From: Candidatus Jordarchaeia archaeon
Lineage (GTDB): Archaea; Asgardarchaeota; Jordiarchaeia; Jordiarchaeales; Jordiarchaeaceae
Reading direction: 5' to 3'
NCBI GenBank assembly: GCA_029856435.1
Contig: JAHQXB010000082.1
Span: 1 to 56,537 of the forward strand
DNA: 56,537 bases
Each line of letters opens with the position of its first letter. Position 1 is the first letter of the stretch. A program made the translations under genes and the position numbers. Under the pieces are notes generated by a model that was given only the letters and a program-made list of their open reading frames with translations, did no database searches and was not told the DNA's origin. Shown here piece by piece: positions 1 through 9,254 of this stretch.

Positions 1-58
1 TTCGCGTCGTGGCGCCCAGTGGTTGTTTTGCCTCTTTGAGGGTGTATAATCGCTCCAT
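1..58 (-). mobile_element. N-terminus of IS607-family TnpA (MerR-like HTH of a serine recombinase), truncated by the window edge
   Basis: Minus strand from ATG at 58 reads MERLYTLKEAKQPLGATTR, resembling the IS607 TnpA start (MERLYTLKEAxxLLGVTTRT). Only 19 codons are visible. Confidence 0.6.
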
Positions 59-112
59 AGGCATCTTGCTGTAGTTCAGCATAATTCTAATTAAACCGCT
101 ATTTTAGAACTG

Positions 113-895
113 TTAGCATGGGCGTTTTGGAGGCAGTAATCCGAAGTACATTAGGGTGAAGGCCAAGGCTGCAAATAACCATACACTGGCTTCCAGAACT
201 GCATTGCTCAGGAGGAGCGCAAACAAATTGGATACTTGAACCATTATTGCGGAGACCGCGGCGGTTCCCAGAATCAGGCCCATTATGCGGCGTTCGTCTT
301 TTTGTTTGGAAGCGTAGTAATAGAAGGAGAGAGCAATTATCAAGAAAGCAGCCAGCCAAGTGACAAGAGTTACTAGTGAGGCAACCAAGTCCATGTTGAC
401 AGAAAGCGTTAGCTGCACTTCTTCCGCAGTTATTGAGGTAATAGAGTTAAGAATTAGCACTATTAGGAATATTATGATGAAAACGTAGATTACCACTCTC
501 TTTACCCGGATCAGTTGAGAGAAGAATAGCCAGAAAAACACCAGAATCAGAGGAACGGAGATAAAGTGTAAGCGATACATTATAAACGTTGTATCGGGAA
601 CAAAGGTGAAAAGGCTGGGTGTTGTGATGTAGAAATATGAAGCAATGGCCACGCTTAGTGTGGAGAGTCCACCAACAAAAGTTGCTATGGATAGAAGGAC
701 GAATGTTTTCTTTCCTGAAGGCTGTTTTTGAGATTTCATAAAAAGCAAAGCTGAAACCAAGAAAGCAACCAGTGATGCGAACGCTGAGAAATAAAGCTTG
801 GCATACATTCCTAAAGAGAGGCCGAAAACAGCAGATAGACGGTAAAAATTGCTAAAGAAATACGCATAAATTATAAATTGCTCCAAACTCAGCAT
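113..895 (-). CDS. Multi-pass membrane protein (about 7 TM), hypothetical
   Basis: 260-aa ORF with about 7 hydrophobic segments; true start may be ATG at 808. Confidence 0.7.
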   Translation of the reverse strand: MLSLEQFIIYAYFFSNFYRLSAVFGLSLGMYAKLYFSAFASLVAFLVSALLFMKSQKQPSGKKTFVLLSIATFVGGLSTLSVAIASYFYITTPSLFTFVPDTTFIMYRLHFISVPLILVFFWLFFSQLIRVKRVVIYVFIIIFLIVLILNSITSITAEEVQLTLSVNMDLVASLVTLVTWLAAFLIIALSFYYYASKQKDERRIMGLILGTAAVSAIMVQVSNLFALLLSNAVLEASVWLFAALAFTLMYFGLLPPKRPC

Positions 896-930
896 AAACT
901 ACACCCTTTTTCGCAAAGTGGCTATATGTG

Positions 931-968
931 ACAACTAATATTTTAGAGCACATTGGGAAATTAGTTGT
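931..968. promoter_or_regulatory. 9-bp inverted repeat, candidate operator upstream of the membrane-protein gene
   Basis: ACAACTAAT (931-939) and ATTAGTTGT (960-968), 20-nt spacer. Confidence 0.35.
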
Positions 969-1358
969 AACAGGAAATATTTATAATTTGTTAAACACAA
1001 GAAATAAGCTCCAAACGCTATAACCTCTGTCCTGATTTTTTGATGACCACCAGTCCCCAGAGAAAAATTTCAAAATTAGATCGCCTTTGGGAAAAGTAGG
1101 AATATTAAACCAAACCAGTGTTTGCTAGTTAAACATACTCCACATTTTAAACGCGGCTATAAGTATGTTGGCTTATTATGAGATAAATATACGATTCTGT
1201 AATCCTCGACCTTCATCTTTCTGTACGTGTATGTTTAAAAAGAAGAGAGGATTGGCGTAAGTTATTAAAAATTGGAGTGTTGTTTGGGCATACGTAATTG
1301 TGTTTTGTGGAAGATGGAAGGTGGGATTTGTTTCCTTTTTGAAATATGTGCTTTTTTC

Positions 1359-1928
1359 TTATCTTAGGCTTTCGAAAAACTTGTCAAACAGCCCTACAAC
1401 TGAGAAATCTCCTTTATGATACTCTCTGATTTTGGTTTTACATGTGGCCATAGAAACGCAGTTACAATATTTAGGTTCTATCTGTTTACCGTCAATTTCA
1501 CACACAGTTTTTAAAAGACCTTTACTTATGTGGGGGCAGGGAATCAGCGTTAATGATTCCAGTATGGCCCCTCCCACAATGTTATTTATATCTGTGGTAT
1601 CCGCGAAAAATTTTTCAAACAGTTCCTTTTTTTCCTCTATAACTTTGAATATAATATCTTCCACTTTTTTCAAAAGCTCAGGTTTTTCTGCCTCAGATAT
1701 CAGAATCAAATACCAGTCCTTTTTACCTGTAGAAAAAGGCTTAATATATGCATTTATATTTTTAAAGGAGATGGATTGGGGTGTCTCTCCTGTAACCTCC
1801 CCCCAGAACTTCTGGGACGCAGTGAAAATTCCCGCAATCAAATCTGGATCTGCCTCAATGGAACCAAGAGTTAGGCTTATGGGGCAAATCCCATCCGAAT
1901 TTATAATATAAATATTATGAATAATCAA
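1359..1928 (-). CDS. Longin-like domain protein with C-terminal Cys4 motif (paralog 1)
   Basis: IHNIYIINSDGI...DPDLIAGIFTASQKFWGEV pattern typical of Asgard longin-like proteins; TTG start. Confidence 0.7.
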   Translation of the reverse strand: MIIHNIYIINSDGICPISLTLGSIEADPDLIAGIFTASQKFWGEVTGETPQSISFKNINAYIKPFSTGKKDWYLILISEAEKPELLKKVEDIIFKVIEEKKELFEKFFADTTDINNIVGGAILESLTLIPCPHISKGLLKTVCEIDGKQIEPKYCNCVSMATCKTKIREYHKGDFSVVGLFDKFFESLR

Positions 1929-2330
1929 CTCTTACAACTCCGAACAAAAATATACTTCCGTTTTGTAATTTTTCATCAACGCCACAACATATAAGGATTC
2001 AGCGGAATCACCAGTTTTATCGCATATATTTAATCATACATTACTTTATAAATGTTTTATTTGGAACATGGAAGTCCCTTGGCGCAATTTGAACCAAAAT
2101 TGTGGGAGGGCTTCCCAAAGGCATATATTTTACCATTCTTTGACATCTCTATTCCTTCCCATCTACTTTCCCGTGTCACTTTTCCTGAAGTATCCCTGTT
2201 TAAACCCCTATTCTAAGAGTAATTTTCACCCAAAAGAGCTTAAAGAATATAGATACTCCCGCAGGGGAGAAAACACTTCCCAAGACAATTGAAAAAAATA
2301 ACCATGTACAAAATTGGGAACTCATTGCCA

Positions 2331-2897
2331 TCATTCACTACTATGCAAATTTAGTTGACTAGAAACTTTTTTCTCGGAGGGGCGTAATTGTTCTTTTATC
2401 TTTTCCTTGCAATCAGATATGGTTATCATATTACAGTTGTTTTTTTCAAGTCTGTTGATTTTTAATTTGCAAAAGTTTTTGAAGATTTTTGTCTGTAAAT
2501 AGGGACAACGAATTTTTCTTAATTTTTCCAAGATTTGGATTTTAATATTGACGCTGATTTCGTTTGTGTCTGCAACAAATTTTTCGAAAATCTCTTTGTT
2601 CTTCATTACCACCTCTAATATGCTTTTTTCAACTGTTCTTAGTATTTGTGGATTTTCAAATTCTAGAATAATTACAAGGTACCACTTTTTTTCTCCTGTG
2701 CTAAACTGTTTCAAGTGCGCTTTTAAGTTGTGAAAGTTTATAGACTGAGGGTCTTCGCCTGTAAGGTGGGCCCAAAATTTTTGAGAGGCTGCAAAGACTC
2801 CTGCTATTATTTGTGGATCTGTATCTATGGAGCCCAGTTTTATGCTAAGGGTACATATTCCTTCGGAGTTTATAATGTAAATGTTGTGTATTATCAA
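2331..2897 (-). CDS. Longin-like domain protein with C-terminal Cys4 motif (paralog 2)
   Basis: Aligns end to end with 1359-1928 (MIIHNIYIINS.GIC..., ASQKFW, FSTG.K.WYL); TTG start with GGGTGG upstream. Confidence 0.7.
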   Translation of the reverse strand: MIIHNIYIINSEGICTLSIKLGSIDTDPQIIAGVFAASQKFWAHLTGEDPQSINFHNLKAHLKQFSTGEKKWYLVIILEFENPQILRTVEKSILEVVMKNKEIFEKFVADTNEISVNIKIQILEKLRKIRCPYLQTKIFKNFCKLKINRLEKNNCNMITISDCKEKIKEQLRPSEKKVSSQLNLHSSE

Positions 2898-3360
2898 TGT
2901 GTTCCACCCGGTTAGTTTTTGGGTTTTAGTTTTTTCCTTTTTTGAGTATTTGAATCCAACTGAATATTAAACGATTTTTTATATTTTAATTTAATAAATT
3001 TTTATATTCATAAATTTACCATAAAAAATTTCGAATGTTTATTACTTAAAAGAATTTGTTGTAAGAGTTAAAAATATGATATTCCCATCAGAGTGTGAGC
3101 TTGAATAACACGGTGGGAAAAATGATATACATAAGAGAAAAATCAGAGAAATGGTGAAACCAGTAGAGCTTCGCTACTCTAATCTGGGAATTCAGAAATA
3201 CAGCCGGTGCTTGGCTTTCCATCCTCAGCTGGAGTATTTTCCAGATTATCCCCCTTTTAATGGAAGCGGTTTCTTTTATAATTATACAGCAGTAGGTTGT
3301 AATGGGCAGGTTAAAGAGGATTAAAAATTATTTCCCGGGCTCTTAGCTCTTTTTAGTGTT

Positions 3361-3819
3361 TTATCCAATTTTAATTTTTAGCGTTTCTAATGCTGTTGAT
3401 AAAACTACGGTGGTAATGGTGTTTAGTACACCTTTTATGGAGTATATCCTGTTTAGTATATCCTCTAGAGATGAAGTGTTTTCGGTTTTGACTTTTATGA
3501 GAATGTCGTCCTCTCCGGTAACTGTGTGGGACTCAACAATGCTATCAATCTTCATAAGTTCGTTCATGACCGAGTCGCCAGTGGCGAGCGCGTGGTTTAC
3601 CTTTATTCCAATAAAGGCGGTGACATCTTTACCCAGCTTTTTTGCATCCAGTATGGCGGTGTAACCTTTAATTATTCCCTCCTCTTCCAGTTTAGAGATT
3701 CTTTCATGAACAGAGGGAGATGCCAGCTTAACCTGGCGCGCTATTTCGGCTACACTAGTTCTTCCATCCTCTTGGAGTATATTTAGTATCTTGATATCAA
3801 CCTCATCTAGTTTAACCAA
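3361..3819 (-). CDS. Lrp/AsnC family transcriptional regulator
   Basis: LDEVDIKILNILQEDGRTSVAEIAR HTH and VTGEDD motif of the RAM domain. Confidence 0.92.
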   Translation of the reverse strand: MVKLDEVDIKILNILQEDGRTSVAEIARQVKLASPSVHERISKLEEEGIIKGYTAILDAKKLGKDVTAFIGIKVNHALATGDSVMNELMKIDSIVESHTVTGEDDILIKVKTENTSSLEDILNRIYSIKGVLNTITTVVLSTALETLKIKIG

Positions 3820-4023
3820 TTAATTACACCTCACGTTACGAGATTCAGTTTGAGTATATTTTTTTATGGCTTCTTGATTGTTTTATATTCTATTTTTGGT
3901 TTAATAAATTTTGAGTAGTCAACTTTATTTTTTGAGAATTTTTCTCCTGAAAATTTTTTATTTTTAATGAAAAAAGCTTAATAACCTTTACAATTTAAGG
4001 CTAACCATATTGGAGGAAAAAAT

Positions 4024-4950
4024 TTGAAGCTTAGCACTGCAGGCGGTTTAACCTTTGTAGTACTAACGTGGGGATCTTCATTCATATTCATTAAGTATGC
4101 TCTCAGAGACATGCCTCCCATAACATTTACTGCTTACCGCTTCCTCATAGCCTCCAGCATCCTCATGGTTTCCCTGCTGATAACTGGAAAATATAGAGAA
4201 ATCCTAAAATTTACTAGGAAGGAAACTTTTTCCATTTGCGCTCTGGGTGCTGTTAATGTGTTCTCATACTACTTTTTAGAAGTTTATGGGCTGCAGTACG
4301 TGCCTGCTGGACAAGCATCAATAATTGTGAACACAGATCCAATAATAGTTACAATACTTGCTGCAATATTCCTGAGGGAAAAAATAACAAAGAGAAAAGC
4401 GGTAGGACTTCTTTTGGGATATACGGGAGTTGTACTCGTGATTATAGCAACTAATCCCACTCTATCAGGAAGCATTTGGAACATTGTAGTGTTAGGAGCT
4501 GCATTCTCATGGGCGGTCGGGGCAATTATAGCCAAGAGAATAGCGGCGAATATAGATTCCTATCTGATGACTGCAACATCGGTGCCTTTTGGGACCATTT
4601 TGCTATTTATCACAGCATTTATCGCCGAAGGATTTGTCCCCATTACGCGCCTATCTGGTTTAGGTTGGACCTCCTTGGTCACTCTTGGAATAGTGTCTTC
4701 GGTTTTAACCTTCTTCGTCTGGTACGAGGTTCTTCACGATATAGAGGCCTCAACAGCCTGCATCGCACTACTCTTGGTGCCTATAGTAACCACAATTTTG
4801 GGAGCAATTTTTCTCTACGAATTTTACACAGAAGTAAGCATACTGGGAATGGCTTTAACCCTTGTTGGAGTTTACTTAACACAGAGCCGAACAAATAAAA
4901 AACCGCAGTTAGGAATGAGCCCGAACCTAAAAAAGGCTTCTCCCATATAA
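4024..4950 (+). CDS. DMT/EamA family transporter
   Basis: WGSSF, FLREK and two EamA repeats with about 10 TM; divergent from the Lrp gene. Confidence 0.9.
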   Translation: MKLSTAGGLTFVVLTWGSSFIFIKYALRDMPPITFTAYRFLIASSILMVSLLITGKYREILKFTRKETFSICALGAVNVFSYYFLEVYGLQYVPAGQASIIVNTDPIIVTILAAIFLREKITKRKAVGLLLGYTGVVLVIIATNPTLSGSIWNIVVLGAAFSWAVGAIIAKRIAANIDSYLMTATSVPFGTILLFITAFIAEGFVPITRLSGLGWTSLVTLGIVSSVLTFFVWYEVLHDIEASTACIALLLVPIVTTILGAIFLYEFYTEVSILGMALTLVGVYLTQSRTNKKPQLGMSPNLKKASPI

Positions 4951-5112
4951 CTTTGGCAGAAGACTAACATTATTACATATACTTGGATTTCAGAAAACTG
5001 TTACAAACGGCGTTTAACTCGGTTTTGCAACTTACTCCTAAATTTTGGGTGTATAATACGTAAATGTTAAGTATCACTAGTAAATTATGGAAATATACCA
5101 AAAGGTTTGTAG

Positions 5113-6027
5113 GTGTCTCTTTTGTGGTTTACCAAAACGTCTAAAATTGGCGAAAACGTGTATCTGGTAGATGTTAAAATGCATGGGAAACTGGGTTCCA
5201 CTTCTGTATTTGTGGTAAAAGGAGAAAAGGCAGCTATTCTTGACACGGGCTCCAACAGTACTGTTAAAAACTTGGTTGAAAGAGTACTGGACTTGGGAAT
5301 TAAGAGGGATGATATTGCTTACATAATGCCTTCCCACTGTCACTTTGACCACGCGGGAGGTGCAGCTTACTTGGAAGGTGAGTTTGTTAAAGCTAGAGTG
5401 CTGGTTTCAGATAAGGACGCCAAGCGCCTCACAACACCCGCAATAATTGAGAAACTTGTTGAAGGCGGAAGACAAACATTCGGGGATCCCACTATTGAAA
5501 TGAAACCTATAAATAATTTTGATGTGGTAAAGGAGGGTGATTTAGTCAATTTAGGTAACGGGGTGGAAATAGAAATTTTGGACACCGTAGGGCACTCTAA
5601 AGATCACATAAGTTTCTACGAATCCAAAAGCAGATTCATGTTCGTTGGAGATGCAGTCGGTATACACATGCCTCAAACCAAAACCATCACACCCACAGCT
5701 TTCCCACCAGAATTCGATTTAGAAACATTTGTTGCAACAATAAAGAAAATCGAATCTTACCAACCTGAAATTATAGGATTTGCCCACTTTGGAGCCAAAA
5801 CAGCACGTGAAGGCTACCTATCCCTAAAAGATACAGTTAAAGTGACATACAAGTGGAATAACGAAATAATTAAAGCCTACAAAGAAGAACAAGACCTAGA
5901 GAAAGTGGCTGAGTTCATTGTTCAAACATATGGAAAAGGTCTGGATGAATTTGCACCAAACCACGCAAGGGATCTTGCGCGCTCTTTAGCGCAAGGCTTT
6001 CTAACAAAATATACTAAACCTGATTAA
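5113..6027 (+). CDS. MBL-fold metallo-hydrolase
   Basis: SHCHFDHAGG, GHSKDH and GDA motifs. Confidence 0.9.
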   Translation: MSLLWFTKTSKIGENVYLVDVKMHGKLGSTSVFVVKGEKAAILDTGSNSTVKNLVERVLDLGIKRDDIAYIMPSHCHFDHAGGAAYLEGEFVKARVLVSDKDAKRLTTPAIIEKLVEGGRQTFGDPTIEMKPINNFDVVKEGDLVNLGNGVEIEILDTVGHSKDHISFYESKSRFMFVGDAVGIHMPQTKTITPTAFPPEFDLETFVATIKKIESYQPEIIGFAHFGAKTAREGYLSLKDTVKVTYKWNNEIIKAYKEEQDLEKVAEFIVQTYGKGLDEFAPNHARDLARSLAQGFLTKYTKPD

Positions 6028-6217
6028 AAAGCTTCTTACCATTATTTTACACTTTAATTTTTAATTAGTAAAGCAATAGTATTTATATTAAAATATTGAG
6101 AAAATTTAATCGTTAGTGAGAAGCCACTGGGAAACAGTGGTCATAAGTTTTAGTAGGGTGATGCGGAACAATATTCAATAAGCGAGGTAATTTATTTCTT
6201 GAGAGAGATGGTTTGAA

Positions 6218-7021
6218 TTGGAAATCATTATTCTGGGAAGTGGAGATACTGTTGGAACCCCCACATTGAATTGTAACTGTGAGTCGTGTACCTTGGCGAG
6301 GGAGCAGGGAATTCCTAACTCTCGAACTCGATTTGGAATACTTATACGTGATCCAGAAAAAGACAGAAACATATCCATAGATACCGGCCCAGACCTCAGG
6401 GCTCAGCTAATCCGTGAAGGGATAAGGAGAATCGCCGCGGTTCTCTACACCCACCACCACTATGACCACATTCTGGGATTCAGTGAGTTTTACCGTGTAC
6501 AGAATTTCATTAAAGTGTTTGGATTAAAGGAAACCCTAGACTTTGTCCTAGAAAGAATGGGCTTCAAAATAATTAACGCAAAGCGTAAAGAGATAAAACT
6601 TTACGAAACTGTCGATTATCATAATATCCAGTTTCAAGCCTTTCCCGTCTATCACCCCACCTGGAACGTTACCCATCCCGCTTCTTACATACAACCCATA
6701 GGCTACAGCTTTAACATAAATGGCAAAAAACTTGTGATTACGGGGGATACTGGAGTGAAAATCCCCGAAGAATCACTTCGACTCATAAAAAATCCAGACC
6801 TCCTTATAACTGATGCATTCATTGACAAGCCAACCCACTTTTTAGACCACCATATGACTGTAAATGAGGCCAAAGAACTAGCAAATACCTTGAATGCCAA
6901 AAAAACGGTACTAATCCACCTTGCTCACCTAAATCCTCCCCACGAAAAGCTACAAGAAAAAGTGGACCCCCTTAGAAAAAAAATCATAATTGGATACGAC
7001 TCGCTAAAATTAACAATATGA
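6218..7021 (+). CDS. MBL-fold hydrolase, PhnP-like
   Basis: LGSG..GTP..CNCESC, IDTGPDLRAQL, THHHYDH, HLAH motifs. Confidence 0.88.
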   Translation: MEIIILGSGDTVGTPTLNCNCESCTLAREQGIPNSRTRFGILIRDPEKDRNISIDTGPDLRAQLIREGIRRIAAVLYTHHHYDHILGFSEFYRVQNFIKVFGLKETLDFVLERMGFKIINAKRKEIKLYETVDYHNIQFQAFPVYHPTWNVTHPASYIQPIGYSFNINGKKLVITGDTGVKIPEESLRLIKNPDLLITDAFIDKPTHFLDHHMTVNEAKELANTLNAKKTVLIHLAHLNPPHEKLQEKVDPLRKKIIIGYDSLKLTI

Positions 7022-7080
7022 CCCCCAAGCGGTGGACCTAATGGGAGATAATGCGTACTAATTTAGTGGGGGAGAAAATT

Positions 7081-7160
7081 TTGGGGAATTTTGACGGTGC
7101 CTGTCCGTCGGATTATCACCCCTTATACCTTTGGGAGGTGAATCATTTCCTTTCCCCATA
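7081..7160 (-). other. Structured 3' UTR of the UGA-containing gene, candidate SECIS
   Basis: Minus strand: outer stem GGGGAA/UUCCCC enclosing hairpin GAU-UCACCUC/GGGGUGA-(UA)-AUC and hairpin GACGG/CCGUC; contains AUGA. Begins a few nt after the stop codon. Confidence 0.4.
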
Positions 7161-7162
7161 GT

Positions 7163-7507
7163 TTAACATCGTCCAAAGCGTATGGGTGTAAAGTTGGAGA
7201 TGAATAGTCTCTTTAAGAGAAGCCCTGAACAGTCAATGTTCGGTTTCTCCGGCAGGAAATCATAAGCGTTTTTGTGTATGTAGAGCGGTATATTAGCACC
7301 ATTCAAATTACCCTTGTTTTCAAATCCTTCAACTTCTAGGATTTCATTTTCAGGATACACATCCAACCTTATTTCCACTCGGCTACCGCCTCAAGTGTGG
7401 ACTCTATCCGCCCAAATGGCCAGGGCTGGTTTTTCTTTGCTGTTGTAAATTGTTTCCGACGCTTTGGCAATGTATTCCAGTGCCGTCTGTGTAATGGTTA
7501 TATCCAA
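7163..7507 (-). CDS. HesB-like small protein with in-frame TGA (codon 39), candidate selenoprotein
   Basis: TTG start at 7507 reads MDITITQTALEYIAKASETIYNSKEKPALAIWADRVHT-TGA(7391-7393)-GGSRVEIRLDV...RFGRC; the frame continues into the 71-aa ORF of the track. MxITIT..A..YI and xUGG resemble HesB-like proteins. Confidence 0.65.
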
Positions 7508-7549
7508 AGTAATCACTACTCCAAAGTTTCAGGTCAAGGTTTGTTCACA

Positions 7550-7563
7550 GTTGATAAATCAAC
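7550..7563. promoter_or_regulatory. Palindromic operator candidate upstream of the HesB-like gene
   Basis: GTTGAT-AA-ATCAAC lies between a TATA-like TTATATAG (minus strand, 7587-7594) and the TTG start. Confidence 0.35.
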
Positions 7564-7866
7564 GTTAACAGTACAAATAATTAGTCCTATATAATCCTTC
7601 CTCAACCTATTTTATGGATTCATTGGATTTGGCTTCCGGGTTAAAAACATCTATAGCTCATTTTCAAGTCTCAAAAAAGGACTATTTAGTCGCTAACCCA
7701 CATCGCCCAAGTCAAGGTTAGTCTCCAAATACCTATTTTCAACTGAGACTTCATTTTTTAAACGTGGAGTTAACTTAATCCTGCAGGAGTATGATTATTA
7801 CTTCTCTAAAATTGTGAAAGAAAATAGATAAAAAAATCGAACTTCGTGGAGCTGGTTATAGGATGT

Positions 7867-9135
7867 TTAGGGAAATAGGCCTCTTAACTCAATTGCTTTG
7901 GCTACCCGGCTCACTGCCAATATGTAGGCTGCCGTGCGTAAATCTACTTTCATTTTCTTATGGATTGAAGATACACTTTCGTATGCTTTAAGCATTAAAT
8001 CTCTAAGTCTCACATTAACATCCCTTTCGCTCCACAGGAAAGCCTGAAGGGACATGACCCATTCGAAGTATGAGACCACTACGCCTCCTGCGTTTGCTAG
8101 GATGTCGGGTATTACTGGTATTCCACGTTCTATTAAGATTTCGTCTGCTTTGGGTGTTGTAGGGGCATTTGCTCCTTCCACTATGATTTTTGCTTCTATG
8201 TCTCCTGCGTTTTCATGTGTTATTTGGTTTTCCATAGCCGCTGGAATTAGTACATCTACGTCCAAACTGATTAGCCGTTTATTGGCTTTTTCTAGGTCAG
8301 GGACGTATTCCAAGTTTTTCTCTTCGTACTCCGCAAATGGCTTCTTTTCTCTTACATGGCTCAATAGTTTTGGTATATCTATACCGTCGGGATTAAATAG
8401 TCCTCCTTCCACGGTTGTTACGCCGACTATCTTACATCCCTTCTCAGCTAGAAACTGAGCTGCGTAGGAACCCACTTTACCGAAGCCTTGAATGGCTACA
8501 GTGGCGCCTTTTATTGGTATGTTATAGTCTTCGAGGGCTTTTCGAGTTATGAACATTACGCCTTTACCTGTGGCGTACGCTCTTCCCTTTGTCCCTCCAA
8601 TTTCTAAGGGTTTGCCAGTTACAACACCAGGTACAGAGTAACCTGTAATCATTGAATAGGTGTCCATCATCCAAGCCATAGTTTGTTCATTAGTATATAA
8701 GTCTGGGGCGGGAATGTCTTTTTCTGGCCCAATTATTGGAAGAATCATATAAGTATATCTTCGGGTTAGTCTTTCTAGTTCTGTTTGGGACATTTCTTTG
8801 GGATTACAAACAACCCCTCCCTTAGCTCCACCGTAGGGCAAGTCTGCAACTGCGCATTTCCAAGTCATAAGGGCGGCTAGAGCCTTTACCTCGTCATAGG
8901 TCACAGAAGGGTGATATCTAACTCCACCCTTACACGGTCCACGTGCATAATTATATTGCACCCGGTAACCCTCAAAGACTTGTATACTACCATCATCCAT
9001 TCTTATAGGTATGGACACTTCAAGGGAGCGTTGGGGTTTTCTTAGAAAGTTGTGAATGTTATGATCGAGATTCATTATTTCGGCAGTTTTATCCAATTGA
9101 TGTAGAACATTTTGGAATGAGTTTTCTTCCGCCAT
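7867..9135 (-). CDS. gdhA: Glutamate dehydrogenase (Glu/Leu/Phe/Val family)
   Basis: GPCKGGVRYHP, LPYGGAKGG, DIPAPD, QGFGKVG, EGANAPTT, NAGGVVVSYFEW. Confidence 0.95.
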   Translation of the reverse strand: MAEENSFQNVLHQLDKTAEIMNLDHNIHNFLRKPQRSLEVSIPIRMDDGSIQVFEGYRVQYNYARGPCKGGVRYHPSVTYDEVKALAALMTWKCAVADLPYGGAKGGVVCNPKEMSQTELERLTRRYTYMILPIIGPEKDIPAPDLYTNEQTMAWMMDTYSMITGYSVPGVVTGKPLEIGGTKGRAYATGKGVMFITRKALEDYNIPIKGATVAIQGFGKVGSYAAQFLAEKGCKIVGVTTVEGGLFNPDGIDIPKLLSHVREKKPFAEYEEKNLEYVPDLEKANKRLISLDVDVLIPAAMENQITHENAGDIEAKIIVEGANAPTTPKADEILIERGIPVIPDILANAGGVVVSYFEWVMSLQAFLWSERDVNVRLRDLMLKAYESVSSIHKKMKVDLRTAAYILAVSRVAKAIELRGLFP

Positions 9136-9254
9136 AGGGAAACACCACCTGAAAATTTTTTCAACTATTCTTTTATCATAGTTTTTATTTAAGGATTAGT
9201 ACAATAACCCAAAAATCTGATAAAATTAATCTCTATCAACCTATTTTGTAACAT

